A stretch of DNA of 64,000 nt. Source: a virus. A model generated the notes under the pieces. It had not been told where the DNA came from and did not search any database. It saw nothing but the letters and a program-made list of their open reading frames with translations. A program made the position numbers and the translations under genes. Location of the stretch: IMG/VR virus record IMGVR_UViG_3300045988_034366. One strand, 5' to 3'. Shown here piece after piece: positions 44,635 through 53,545 of this stretch (the first letter of the stretch is position 1; every line of letters starts with the position of its first letter).

Positions 44635-45308
44635 CAGTAGAAGAATATTTTGGGGATTGGGTTCATGTCTTTGACATGAAGGAACTCCACAAGGTGATGT
44701 ATAAGTTAAGAGTGGAATATCAGAGAAAGAAGATATGTCCTGCTCAACCTGATGTATTTAGAGCCTTTGAGTTATGTCCCCTTAAAGACTTGAAAGTAGT
44801 TATGTTAGGACAAGACCCCTATCCCCAAAAGGGAGTTGCTACTGGCATACTATTTGGAAATAGGGCTGATGTGCAAGAGAAAAATTTATCTCCATCTCTA
44901 CAAATCGTTAAAGAGGCAGCTATAAATTTTGAGATTCCAAAGAATAATTGTATCTTTGACCCCACTTTGGAGAGTTGGGCAAAACAGGGGATACTAATGA
45001 TAAATTCTGCTCTCACAGTAGAAATGAATAAGGTTGGTTCTCATGCGATGATATGGAGACCATTCACAATTGCTTTATTAAAACACTTATCAGAGTGTGA
45101 GACTGGCATTATTTATGTTCTATTTGGGAGACAGGCTCAAACATTTAAGCCCTACATTAACAAACAATTCAATAACATTCTTGAAATTGAACATCCAGCA
45201 TACTATGCAAGGCTCAATAAGAGGATGCCATCTGAATTGTTTGCTACTATAAGTAATATGTGTAAAGACAAATATGGAGTACCAATTAAATGGTACCAAG
45301 AGTGTTAA
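44631..45308 (+). CDS. ung: uracil-DNA glycosylase (family 1-like)
   Basis: 225 aa. Motifs VVMLGQDPYP, PSLQIV, QGILMINSALTV and EHPAYY lie in UNG order. Confidence 0.8.
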   Translation: MTVEEYFGDWVHVFDMKELHKVMYKLRVEYQRKKICPAQPDVFRAFELCPLKDLKVVMLGQDPYPQKGVATGILFGNRADVQEKNLSPSLQIVKEAAINFEIPKNNCIFDPTLESWAKQGILMINSALTVEMNKVGSHAMIWRPFTIALLKHLSECETGIIYVLFGRQAQTFKPYINKQFNNILEIEHPAYYARLNKRMPSELFATISNMCKDKYGVPIKWYQEC

Positions 45309-45328
45309 ACAATAAAAACAAAAAGACA

Positions 45329-45892
45329 ATGAAAAAGTTCTATTTGAAGAATGGCAAAGAGGTGCAGGTTGGTGACACTATCACTAAAGTAATCAAGACA
45401 AAACATCCTTTGCTTGGTGAGGTCACTATGGTAGAAAATGTAGTAGTTACCGAGGCAGCTTTGCCTAAACTGATTGAGAAGGGTATTATTACTACCTCAC
45501 TTGGTTCTGATTTTGATGTGGACAAGGTTAAGCCTGCTGAGTCACATATGAATCTTCACTACTATGTTGAAAAGCTGGCAAAGAAACTTAACTGGAAGGT
45601 AGAGAAAATGTATAACTACCTCAATACCATTGATAGTGTGTATCCTGCTGCTGCATTCTCCATGATACTCAGAGAAGTAGCTATTGAGCTTGACAAGAAG
45701 TATGAAGACCACATTGAGAAGAGTCCTGAAATCTATGTAATCTCCATGCTTGATGGAAAGATTACCAAGGCTAACAAGGCTCACATCAAGAACTACAGAA
45801 ACTTTGCAGCATTTAGGTCTGTTGAAGATGCTAAGACAGCTTGCAGCATTGTAAGAGAAATCCTTAAAGAGCTATTCAAAAGTGGCAAATAA
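45329..45892 (+). CDS. hypothetical protein
   Basis: 187 aa counted from ATG 45329. The track start at 45290 overlaps the UDG gene. Confidence 0.55.
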   Translation: MKKFYLKNGKEVQVGDTITKVIKTKHPLLGEVTMVENVVVTEAALPKLIEKGIITTSLGSDFDVDKVKPAESHMNLHYYVEKLAKKLNWKVEKMYNYLNTIDSVYPAAAFSMILREVAIELDKKYEDHIEKSPEIYVISMLDGKITKANKAHIKNYRNFAAFRSVEDAKTACSIVREILKELFKSGK

Positions 45893-46406
45893 GAAAATTA
45901 GAAATGCTACACAGAGTAGCTCTAAAGGTATAACCTTCAAATCCCAGTTGGAGAAGAGCATATATAATACTCTTCTTCAACAGGGGTTTACTCCTCAATA
46001 TGAACCAATTACTTTCACTTTGTGGGATGGCTTTAGTCCTATCACTCCCTACTATGACAAGGAGACTGACAAGCAGAAGGTAAGGAGAATATCTGAGGGA
46101 GTAAATACATGCCATTCAAAGATACTTGTTCAGAAAACAAGCAAAGTAGTAAGTATAAAATACACACCAGACTTTTACTTCAATTATAATGGCTTAGATG
46201 TTTACATTGAGGCTAAAGGAATTGAAAATGATGTCTTCTATATTAAGAAGAAGATGTTTATAAAGTATCTTGATGATGTATTGGTTAGTACTGGAAGGAG
46301 GTCTATATACTTTGAAGTTTATACCAAGGGACAGCTCTTACAGGCAATAGAAATAATCAAAGACTATGCAACAGAATGTAATTCACAAACTGATACAGCA
46401 AGCTAA
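45882..46406 (+). CDS. PD-(D/E)xK nuclease (DUF1064-like)
   Basis: 174 aa. YTPDFYF...DVYIEAKG fits the D...E-x-K nuclease core. Confidence 0.5.
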   Translation: MANKKIRNATQSSSKGITFKSQLEKSIYNTLLQQGFTPQYEPITFTLWDGFSPITPYYDKETDKQKVRRISEGVNTCHSKILVQKTSKVVSIKYTPDFYFNYNGLDVYIEAKGIENDVFYIKKKMFIKYLDDVLVSTGRRSIYFEVYTKGQLLQAIEIIKDYATECNSQTDTAS

Positions 46407-46572
46407 TAAATTGCCTGTATTGGAATATGACCCTAATCCTATTATTTTCAAGGATAATGTGGATGCTACTATAAGAGAGGTAAAACAAAGACTTGGGGTT
46501 TTACAGACTCTTAAGGCAGAAATAGATTACCGATTAACTTTAACTCATGCAGATGATGAAGAGTTTACGTGA
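46366..46572 (+). CDS. small hypothetical protein (uncertain)
   Basis: 68-aa ORF overlapping both neighbours. Confidence 0.3.
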   Translation: MQQNVIHKLIQQANKLPVLEYDPNPIIFKDNVDATIREVKQRLGVLQTLKAEIDYRLTLTHADDEEFT

Positions 46573-47284
46573 TATTTCATGGCAAGTAAGTGAAGAGGGG
46601 TATAGGGCAGACCCTGCACTTAGCTACTCTACTCTTGCAAGATATGAAAGAGAGGGGTTTAATAACTTGGATAAGCTATTTGACAGGATAGAAACCCCCT
46701 CCCTTACCTTTGGCTCTGCTGTAGATTCTATCATTACAGGTGGGCAAGAGGAGTTTGATGAAAGGTTCATGGTAGCTGAGTTTCCCTCAATGCCTGACTC
46801 TATTGTGAAGATAATAAAATCTTTGTATAAACAATATGCTGGAACATATAGGAGCCTGCTTAATATATCTGATAGTTCAATTATTAGAGAAACTGAAGAC
46901 CAAAACTATCAAATGAATTGGAAACCTGAAACAAGGGCTAAGGTTATCAAAGAAAAAGGTACTGACTACTATAATTTATTGTTTGTAGCAGGTGATAGGT
47001 GTATCATAGATACTCAGACTTATCAGGATGTAGTTAATGCAGTTAGAGTATTGAAGGAAAGTAGCTCTACCAAGTTATACTTTGCAGATGACAATCCCTT
47101 TGAGCCTGATATTGAAAGATTATATCAGTTGAAGTTTAAGGGAGAGTTTGATGGTATAACCTATAGAAATATGGCTGACTTAATTATAGTCAATCATAAA
47201 GAGAAATGGGTAAAGCCAGTAGATTTGAAAACAAGTTCCCATACAGAGTGGGACTTTTATAAGTCCTTTGTAGATTGGAGATAT
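46547..47284 (+). CDS. RecB/lambda-Exo-like PD-(D/E)xK nuclease, exon 1
   Basis: The frame carries VDLKTSS (the D-x-K-T motif). The ORF is truncated at 47291 by an intron-encoded stop. Exon end is +/-3 nt. Confidence 0.65.
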
Positions 47285-47309
47285 GAAAAATAAGTAATTT
47301 ATTTATTAA

Positions 47310-47341
47310 TTTGGAGATACGAGAAATTTTACTTATCTTTG
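47310..47341 (+). promoter_or_regulatory. Bacteroidota-type promoter inside intron (TTTG-N20-TATCTTTG)
   Basis: Perfect consensus, 25 nt upstream of the LAGLIDADG ORF start. Confidence 0.65.
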
Positions 47342-47365
47342 CATTGAATTATAAATCAATGTATT

Positions 47366-48013
47366 ATGAGAAAGTATAATTTTAATGAACATTATTTTGA
47401 TATTATAGATTGTCAAGAAAAAGCTTATTGGTTAGGATTCTTTGCAGCGGATGGATATAATCATGTAGGTAAAGGTTGTATAGAGTTTAGATTACATAAA
47501 CAAGATAAAGAAATATTAGAAAAATTCAAATCTTGTATAGAAGCTAATAACCCCATTGGATTATATAAACAAACTTATTGTAATTTGACTTTATATTCCC
47601 AACATCTATGTAATAAGTTGTCTGAATATGGGTTAAGTCAAGCAAAGACTTACACATTGCAAATTCCTCAATTAGATTATAAATTAATGAGACATTTTAT
47701 AAGAGGGTATTATGATGGTGATGGCTGTTTTTCTGTAACAAAAAGAAAAGATAGAACTGAAAATAGTCTAATTTACCAATTTAATATTACTGGAATGGAA
47801 AATCCTCTTAGAAAAATGCAAGAGCATTTAATAAATAATGTAGGAGTTGTTGATAATGGGCTAAAGCATAGAAAGTCTACTATTGCTGTCACTATTCACT
47901 ATAGTGGAAAGAATGTATGTAAAAGAATACTTGATTATCTATATCAGGATGCTACTATATATCTTCAAAGAAAATATAATAAATATAAAGAATATTGTAT
48001 CTCGGCAGAGTAA
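47366..48013 (+). CDS. LAGLIDADG homing endonuclease (double-motif)
   Basis: 215 aa with two LAGLIDADG motifs (LGFFAADGY and IRGYYDGDGCF). Confidence 0.85.
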   Translation: MRKYNFNEHYFDIIDCQEKAYWLGFFAADGYNHVGKGCIEFRLHKQDKEILEKFKSCIEANNPIGLYKQTYCNLTLYSQHLCNKLSEYGLSQAKTYTLQIPQLDYKLMRHFIRGYYDGDGCFSVTKRKDRTENSLIYQFNITGMENPLRKMQEHLINNVGVVDNGLKHRKSTIAVTIHYSGKNVCKRILDYLYQDATIYLQRKYNKYKEYCISAE

Positions 48014-48320
48014 TCTGCAATAATAAAAAACCTCGTGAATTCAGGGAACATCCTAAGACTTGAAATTTAATATATAGGTCTAAAATTGTTTGAAATATAA
48101 CAGCCTATAATATATAAATGGGTTATTCTAGGACAATCCTGAGCCAAGCCTTAATAATAAGGAAGGTGCAACGACTATCCCTTTATGGGAGTACACTCAA
48201 GTGAGTGGAAGTGCGAGGCTCCTAAGAAATTAGGATGATGATATAGTCTCATCTATATGGTAACATATAGCAGTTCATAAGAGAACGCAGATAAATTAAC
48301 GACTTATCTGGAAGATAATG

Positions 48321-48635
48321 GATATTCAAGCCAGACTATATTGGTCTATTATAAGACAAAATATGGATAAGGATGAGTACTTCAAAGACTTCAAGCTACT
48401 TGACTATGATTTCATTGTAGTCAATAAGAGGACTTTAACTCCTCTTGTATGGAACTGTCCCTTTACTCAAGCACAAGGTACATTGAGATTTGGTAATAAT
48501 TCTCAAATTGAAATGAGAAGTCCCTTTGAGATAGGAAAGGAGCTTAATTCCTATCTCACTTCAAGACCAAAAGTGCCTATGGGAATTAATGAGACTGGTA
48601 CTAATAATTTAAAAGATTGGTTAAATAAACTATGA
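48321..48635 (+). CDS. RecB/lambda-Exo-like nuclease, exon 2
   Basis: The frame opens at 48300. DIQARLYW supplies the QxxxY motif expected after DLKT. Confidence 0.65.
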   Translation, partial: DIQARLYWSIIRQNMDKDEYFKDFKLLDYDFIVVNKRTLTPLVWNCPFTQAQGTLRFGNNSQIEMRSPFEIGKELNSYLTSRPKVPMGINETGTNNLKDWLNKL

Positions 48636-48865
48636 GTGGTTGTAGCAGTGGACAAGCAGGTAGTCAATTTTGTGATTCTTGTAGTGACTACTCCTGTAGT
48701 AGTAACCCCCACTATATATCTTCTTACCCAGATGAAGAGTATGATATATACGAGGGAGTAGAACATCTAAAAGGGGTTAAAGCCCCAAACATTCCTATAG
48801 TAGATATAAAAGAGGAGACCCAGAATCAAATTAGAAAATTATGGGACAATTTTGATAATCTTTAA
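48632..48865 (+). CDS. small Cys-rich protein
   Basis: 77-aa ORF with an ATGA overlap to the upstream gene. Confidence 0.5.
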   Translation: MSGCSSGQAGSQFCDSCSDYSCSSNPHYISSYPDEEYDIYEGVEHLKGVKAPNIPIVDIKEETQNQIRKLWDNFDNL

Positions 48866-48876
48866 TTGTTATAATT

Positions 48877-50642
48877 ATGCAGGTAATAAAAAGAGACAAA
48901 AGCAAAGAAGAATTTGACATCAGTAAGATTAATAGAGCTGTAAGAAAAGCCTTTGAGTCTTGTAATAAGAAGATGCCTCAATATCTTGGAGATATGATTC
49001 ATGCCCTATTTAGTACCTTGGAAGGAGATACAATAGGCATTGAAGAAATCCAAAATAAAGTTGAGGATATACTTATGAATGAGAAGCACTTTGATGTAGC
49101 AAAGAGTTATATCATTTATAGAAATAAACATGAAGAGTCTAGGTTCATTAGAGGAAGAATTGATTACATGTCTAACTATGAAGATTCTGATGATAATGCT
49201 GCTAGTTCTTCAGAGACTGACCCTAATGCTAATGTAACTCAGAAGAATGTTGCCAATCTTGATGGAGAAGTTTATAAGGTAGAGAATAGAATTATTCAGA
49301 GACAGAGAATGAAGGATGAACTTAATGTCCTTTACCCAGAGGTGGCAAAGCAATATAAAATAGATGTTGAGAATCATATAATATATCCTCATGATGAAGC
49401 TAGTGTGCCTACTTTGAAGTTCTATTGTCAAGCAGATTCTCTTTACCCACTTATGACAGAAGGTGTAGGTAATATAGATGGTATAACACCCTCTCATCCT
49501 AATGATTTACCATCATTTAGTGGACAAATAACTAATCTTGCCTTCTTGCTTTCTTCCCAATGTAAAGGTGCAGTAGCCTTTGGAGAATATTTCATTGTTC
49601 TAAACTATTACATTATTGCAGAGTTTGGAGATAAGTGGTATGAGAAGCTTGATTGTGTTGTAACAAATTCTCATTGTAAGGTTCAAAGGACGGTCAGAGA
49701 TATAATAGAGAAAGCTTTCAAACAGTTTATCTATGGTGTTAATCAGCCTGCTGGTAATAGGTCCTATCAGAGTCCATTTACAAATGTGTCTTATTATGAC
49801 CATACATACTTCAGTTCACTGTTTGGAGAGTTTTACTACCCTGATGGAACTAAGCCTGAGTGGGCTGCAATTAATGTTCTTCAGAAGATGTTTATGAAAT
49901 TCTTCAATAAACTCAGAACCAAGAAGATTTTGACCTTCCCTGTTGAAACATTAGCAATGGTACATGATGGCAAAGATATTATAGATAAGGAATATAAGGA
50001 CTTCTGTGCAGAAATGTATGCAGAAGGACACTCATTCTTTACCTATATTTCAGATAGTGCTGATAGTCTTGCATCATGCTGTAGATTGAGAAATGAGTTT
50101 ACAGAGAATACATTTAATCCTACATCAGGTCTTACTGGTGTTATGACTGGTAGCTGTCATGTTATCACTCTTAATATTAATAGGATTGTACAAGATTCTT
50201 TAAAAAAGTATGCTAATGAACATGGAGAAGATATATCTAAATATAAATGTTGGGGAAGTGATGCTAAAGAAGCTATTTTAGATGAACTACTTGATATTCT
50301 TGAAAGAGTATATAAGTATCATATTGCTTATAAGACTATGCTCTATGAGCAAGAAGAGAAAGGCATGTTTGCAGCTTGTAATGGTGGCTATATACACATG
50401 AACAAGTTATATAGTACCATTGGTATCAATGGCTTGAATGAAGCAGCTAAATTCTTAGGTCTTGAGGTATCTAATAATCCTGAATATATTAAGTTCTTAC
50501 AGTTTATTCTTGGCACTATTAAGGAACAGAACAAGTTACACTCTATCCATGACAAGAAGAGACCTTTCTTGTTTAATTCTGAGGTAGTTCCTGCTGAATC
50601 TCTTGGTGGTAAGAATTATAGATGGGATAAAAAGGATGGATT
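48877..50642 (+). CDS. nrdD: anaerobic ribonucleoside-triphosphate reductase (class III), exon 1
   Basis: N-terminal ATP-cone (VIKRDKSKEEFDISKINRAV) and a large catalytic body. The glycyl-radical C-terminus is missing from this ORF. Exon end is +/-2 nt. Confidence 0.8.
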
Positions 50643-51360
50643 AGAACCAATGTCCATCTAAAACCTCTTTTAATTGACTCAGAAGTCCCTATGGGATTAT
50701 GAGGGGCAAGCAAGGGAAACCTGTGCAGCCTGACAGACTAAACAAAGAGGACTTTAATATACAATCTGTGAAGATAGAATATTAAGGTATGCAATAGTCG
50801 GAACTCTATGGTAACATAGAGAGGTTAATAGAAATATTAACCCATTCATTAGAAATATGGTTATAATCTTGCATAATTGGGATAAAAGTTTTAACTTTGT
50901 TCCCAAAATAATTAATATGGAGACTAAATTATGCAAGGTTTGTGGTAGAGAATTACCATTAGAAATGTTTGATGAAGGAAGACATCAGTGTAAAGATTGT
51001 AGAAAAGCTTATAGGAAGCAAAGGAGATTAGAACATCCTGAGATTCATAGAGCACAAGCTACAAGAAGGCAGAATAGACAAGGAGAATGGCTTAATAGTA
51101 TAAAAACTCCTTGTATTGTCTGTGGAGAAGCAGAACCTGTTTGTATTGATTTTCATCATATCAATCCAGTAGATAAGGACTTTACTATAGGTAAGTATAG
51201 AAGTAGAAGAAGGGAATGGCTTCTACAAGAAGTGAGCAAGTGTGTTTGCTTATGTGCTAACTGCCATAGGAAAGTACATGCTGGTTTGATAAACTTAAAT
51301 AACTATATTGCTAATGAATCACCTCTCTGCACAACGGGAGAGGGTGTAACAGAATGATTG
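50643..51360 (+). mobile_element. group I intron with HNH homing endonuclease gene
   Basis: In-frame stop 18 nt after the junction. The 5' exon ends in T and the intron ends in G. P7-like pair CAGACTA / AATAGTC plus a CTCTATGGTAACATAGAG hairpin. Confidence 0.7.
50917..51357 (+). CDS. HNH homing endonuclease
   Basis: 146 aa counted from ATG 50917. N-terminal CxxC...CxxC zinc ribbon, and DFHHINP...CANCHRKVH, which is the HNH motif. Confidence 0.8.
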   Translation: METKLCKVCGRELPLEMFDEGRHQCKDCRKAYRKQRRLEHPEIHRAQATRRQNRQGEWLNSIKTPCIVCGEAEPVCIDFHHINPVDKDFTIGKYRSRRREWLLQEVSKCVCLCANCHRKVHAGLINLNNYIANESPLCTTGEGVTE

Positions 51361-51775
51361 GGTTCCTGAAGATGAAAATCTTTATAACTCATATTTCTTT
51401 GATGCCCATGATAATACTTCAGTACTAGATAAGATGATTTTGCATGGAAGGCAGACAGCACAATATTGTGATGGAGGCTCAGCTTGTCATATTAATCTTG
51501 AAGACCACCTTAGTAAGGAACAATATCTCAAACTTATAGACTTTGCAATAGCTAATGGAACCAACTACTTCACATTTAATATTCCTAATAGTGAGTGTGA
51601 TGATTGTGGTTACATTACTAAGCATCCTATTACTGAATGCCCAAAGTGCCACAGTAAGAATATCACTCAATATACAAGGGTAATTGGATATCTTAGACCT
51701 ATTAAGTCCTTTAGTAAGGATAGACAAATAGAAGCAAATAAAAGAGTTTATAGTAAAGATGTTAAAGTATGTTGA
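51361..51775 (+). CDS. nrdD: anaerobic ribonucleotide reductase, exon 2 (glycyl-radical domain)
   Basis: The frame is open from about 51300. Contains VPEDENLYNSYFF..., the zinc ribbon CDDCGY...CPKCHS and the glycyl-radical motif TRVIGYL. Confidence 0.8.
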
Positions 51776-52232
51776 TACTAAGGTAGTCTTTGCGGAGATA
51801 CCTGATGAAATAACTCTTGCTATCAATATAAGTGGCTGCCCTTGCAATTGCAAGGGTTGCCATTCATCATATTTAGCAGAGGATATAGGAGAACCTCTTG
51901 ATTTACAACACTTAACTAATCTTATTGATAGTAATAAGGGTATAACTTGTGTTGGTTTAATGGGAGGTGATGCTAATCCAAGTGAAGTAGATGATATTGC
52001 ACAAGACATCAAGGAATACTATCCAGAGTTGAAAGTTGGATGGTATAGTGGTAGACAAGAGCTTAGTAAGGATATTGAACTTAGTAATTTTGATTTTATC
52101 AAGCTTGGGCCATATAAGGAAGAATTTGGTCCACTTAACAGTAAGACTACTAACCAGAGATTCTATAAGGTTAATGGTAAGGAGTTGGTAGATATAACAA
52201 GTAGATTTTGGAAACATGAAACTGAAAATTAA
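51759..52232 (+). CDS. nrdG: anaerobic RNR activating enzyme (radical SAM)
   Basis: 157 aa. The CPCNCKGC cluster fits CxxxCxxC. Directly downstream of nrdD. Confidence 0.8.
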   Translation: MLKYVDTKVVFAEIPDEITLAINISGCPCNCKGCHSSYLAEDIGEPLDLQHLTNLIDSNKGITCVGLMGGDANPSEVDDIAQDIKEYYPELKVGWYSGRQELSKDIELSNFDFIKLGPYKEEFGPLNSKTTNQRFYKVNGKELVDITSRFWKHETEN

Positions 52233-52755
52233 AATAAAAGTATTAACTGAAGGCTGTATGCCCAGTGTTATTGACAAGGGTGACTGGATTGACCTTATCT
52301 GTTCTGAGAATGTAATTCTTAAAGCTCCTCAATCAGGTGTACTTAGAGAAAAAAAGAATGAACATGGCGTAATTTCTAGAGTAAGAAATGTGGAAGCAGA
52401 AGTAACTTATATTCCTCTTGGAGTTGCAATGAAACTGCCTAAGGGATATGAGGCTGTTGTTCTTCCTAGAAGCAGCACTCCAAAGAAGTTTGGAATTATG
52501 TGTGGTAACTCAATGGGAGTTATTGATAATAGCTATTGTGGTAATAAAGATGAATGGAAATTTCCTGCTGTAGCTATTAGACCTACTTCTATTGAGAAAG
52601 GCACTAGGATTTGTCAATTCAGAGTACAGTTATCTCAAAAAGCCACTACATGGCAAAAAATCAAATGGTTGTTTACATCAGGTGTTAAACTTGTAGAAGT
52701 AGATGACTTAGGTAATGACAACAGAGGTGGATTTGGGAGCACTGGAGTAAAGTAG
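52216..52755 (+). CDS. dut: dUTP diphosphatase (trimeric dUTPase)
   Basis: 179 aa. Motif 3 GVIDNSYCG and motif 5 RGGFGSTG. Confidence 0.85.
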   Translation: MKLKIKIKVLTEGCMPSVIDKGDWIDLICSENVILKAPQSGVLREKKNEHGVISRVRNVEAEVTYIPLGVAMKLPKGYEAVVLPRSSTPKKFGIMCGNSMGVIDNSYCGNKDEWKFPAVAIRPTSIEKGTRICQFRVQLSQKATTWQKIKWLFTSGVKLVEVDDLGNDNRGGFGSTGVK

Positions 52756-52778
52756 TAACTAAAAAAAAAGCATGAAAC

Positions 52779-53273
52779 ATGGTATTGAAAATAGTTGTAA
52801 TCTTGCTTGCAGTAGTCATTTTGGCTATTATTATCAATGGTATTGAGGATTGTCGTAAGCAAAAGAAGAGAGAAAATATGTCCTTTAGAGAGGCAATGGA
52901 CTTGGTAGAATTGCCTGTTGTAACTTTCTATAATAAGGATACAAAGTTAAATTTTCTCTTAGATACTGGCAGTGACCTTTCCTATATTAATAAATCTATC
53001 CTACCCTCCTTAGAGTATAAGGAGATAGATGAAAGTAGGAATATCATAAGTGTAGGAGGTAACTCACAGAGTCTTGGATGCTGTGATATGACAGTCACTT
53101 ATAAGAGTCAAAAGTTTATTGATAGGTTCTATGTCAGTGACCTTGATGAAGCCTTTGGAGCTATAAAGGCAGAAACAGGAGTACAGATTCATGGTATCTT
53201 GGGAAGTAAATTCTTTGCAAAGTATAAGTATATTCTTGATTTTGAAAGTTTAATCGCATATTCTAAGAAATAA
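52779..53273 (+). CDS. membrane-anchored retropepsin-like aspartic protease
   Basis: 164 aa with an N-terminal TM segment (IVVILLAVVILAIII). Active-site block FLLDTGSDLSYI and the downstream HGILGSKFF...ILDF pattern are typical of clan AA single-lobe proteases. Confidence 0.65.
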   Translation: MVLKIVVILLAVVILAIIINGIEDCRKQKKRENMSFREAMDLVELPVVTFYNKDTKLNFLLDTGSDLSYINKSILPSLEYKEIDESRNIISVGGNSQSLGCCDMTVTYKSQKFIDRFYVSDLDEAFGAIKAETGVQIHGILGSKFFAKYKYILDFESLIAYSKK

Positions 53274-53545
53274 TGAAAGATTTAATTAAGTTGAGGTCAA
53301 GAGGTGGAGCTGAGAACTACCTTAAGAAGTTGATAAAGAAGGGTGATTCTGAGTCACTTACCTATGTACTTGAGACTGATAGTCCCTATCTTAGGACAGG
53401 TGAAGTAGCTAATGGAAGAAAATTCATTGACCCATCTGGTGGACCAATGATTGTAGTAGGTGATTATCTTGAAGAAGCCAATGCTGTTGTAGAATCTATA
53501 GACTTTGCAGAAGGATATGGTTGGACTATAACTTTTAAGAAATGA
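53273..53545 (+). CDS. hypothetical protein
   Basis: 90-aa ORF coupled to both neighbours. Confidence 0.55.
   Translation: MKDLIKLRSRGGAENYLKKLIKKGDSESLTYVLETDSPYLRTGEVANGRKFIDPSGGPMIVVGDYLEEANAVVESIDFAEGYGWTITFKK

Larger units (their letters stand above)
47285..48320 (+). mobile_element. group I intron with LAGLIDADG homing endonuclease gene
   Basis: It interrupts the nuclease between its DLKT and QxxxY motifs. The 5' exon ends in T and the intron ends in G. P7-like pair CGACTAT / ATATAGTC, then a CTATATGGTAACATATAG hairpin shared with the nrdD intron. Confidence 0.7.

Noticed and set aside
51479-52012. 177-aa minus-strand ORF
   Set aside because: It is antisense to nrdD exon 2 and nrdG, both of which carry diagnostic motifs.
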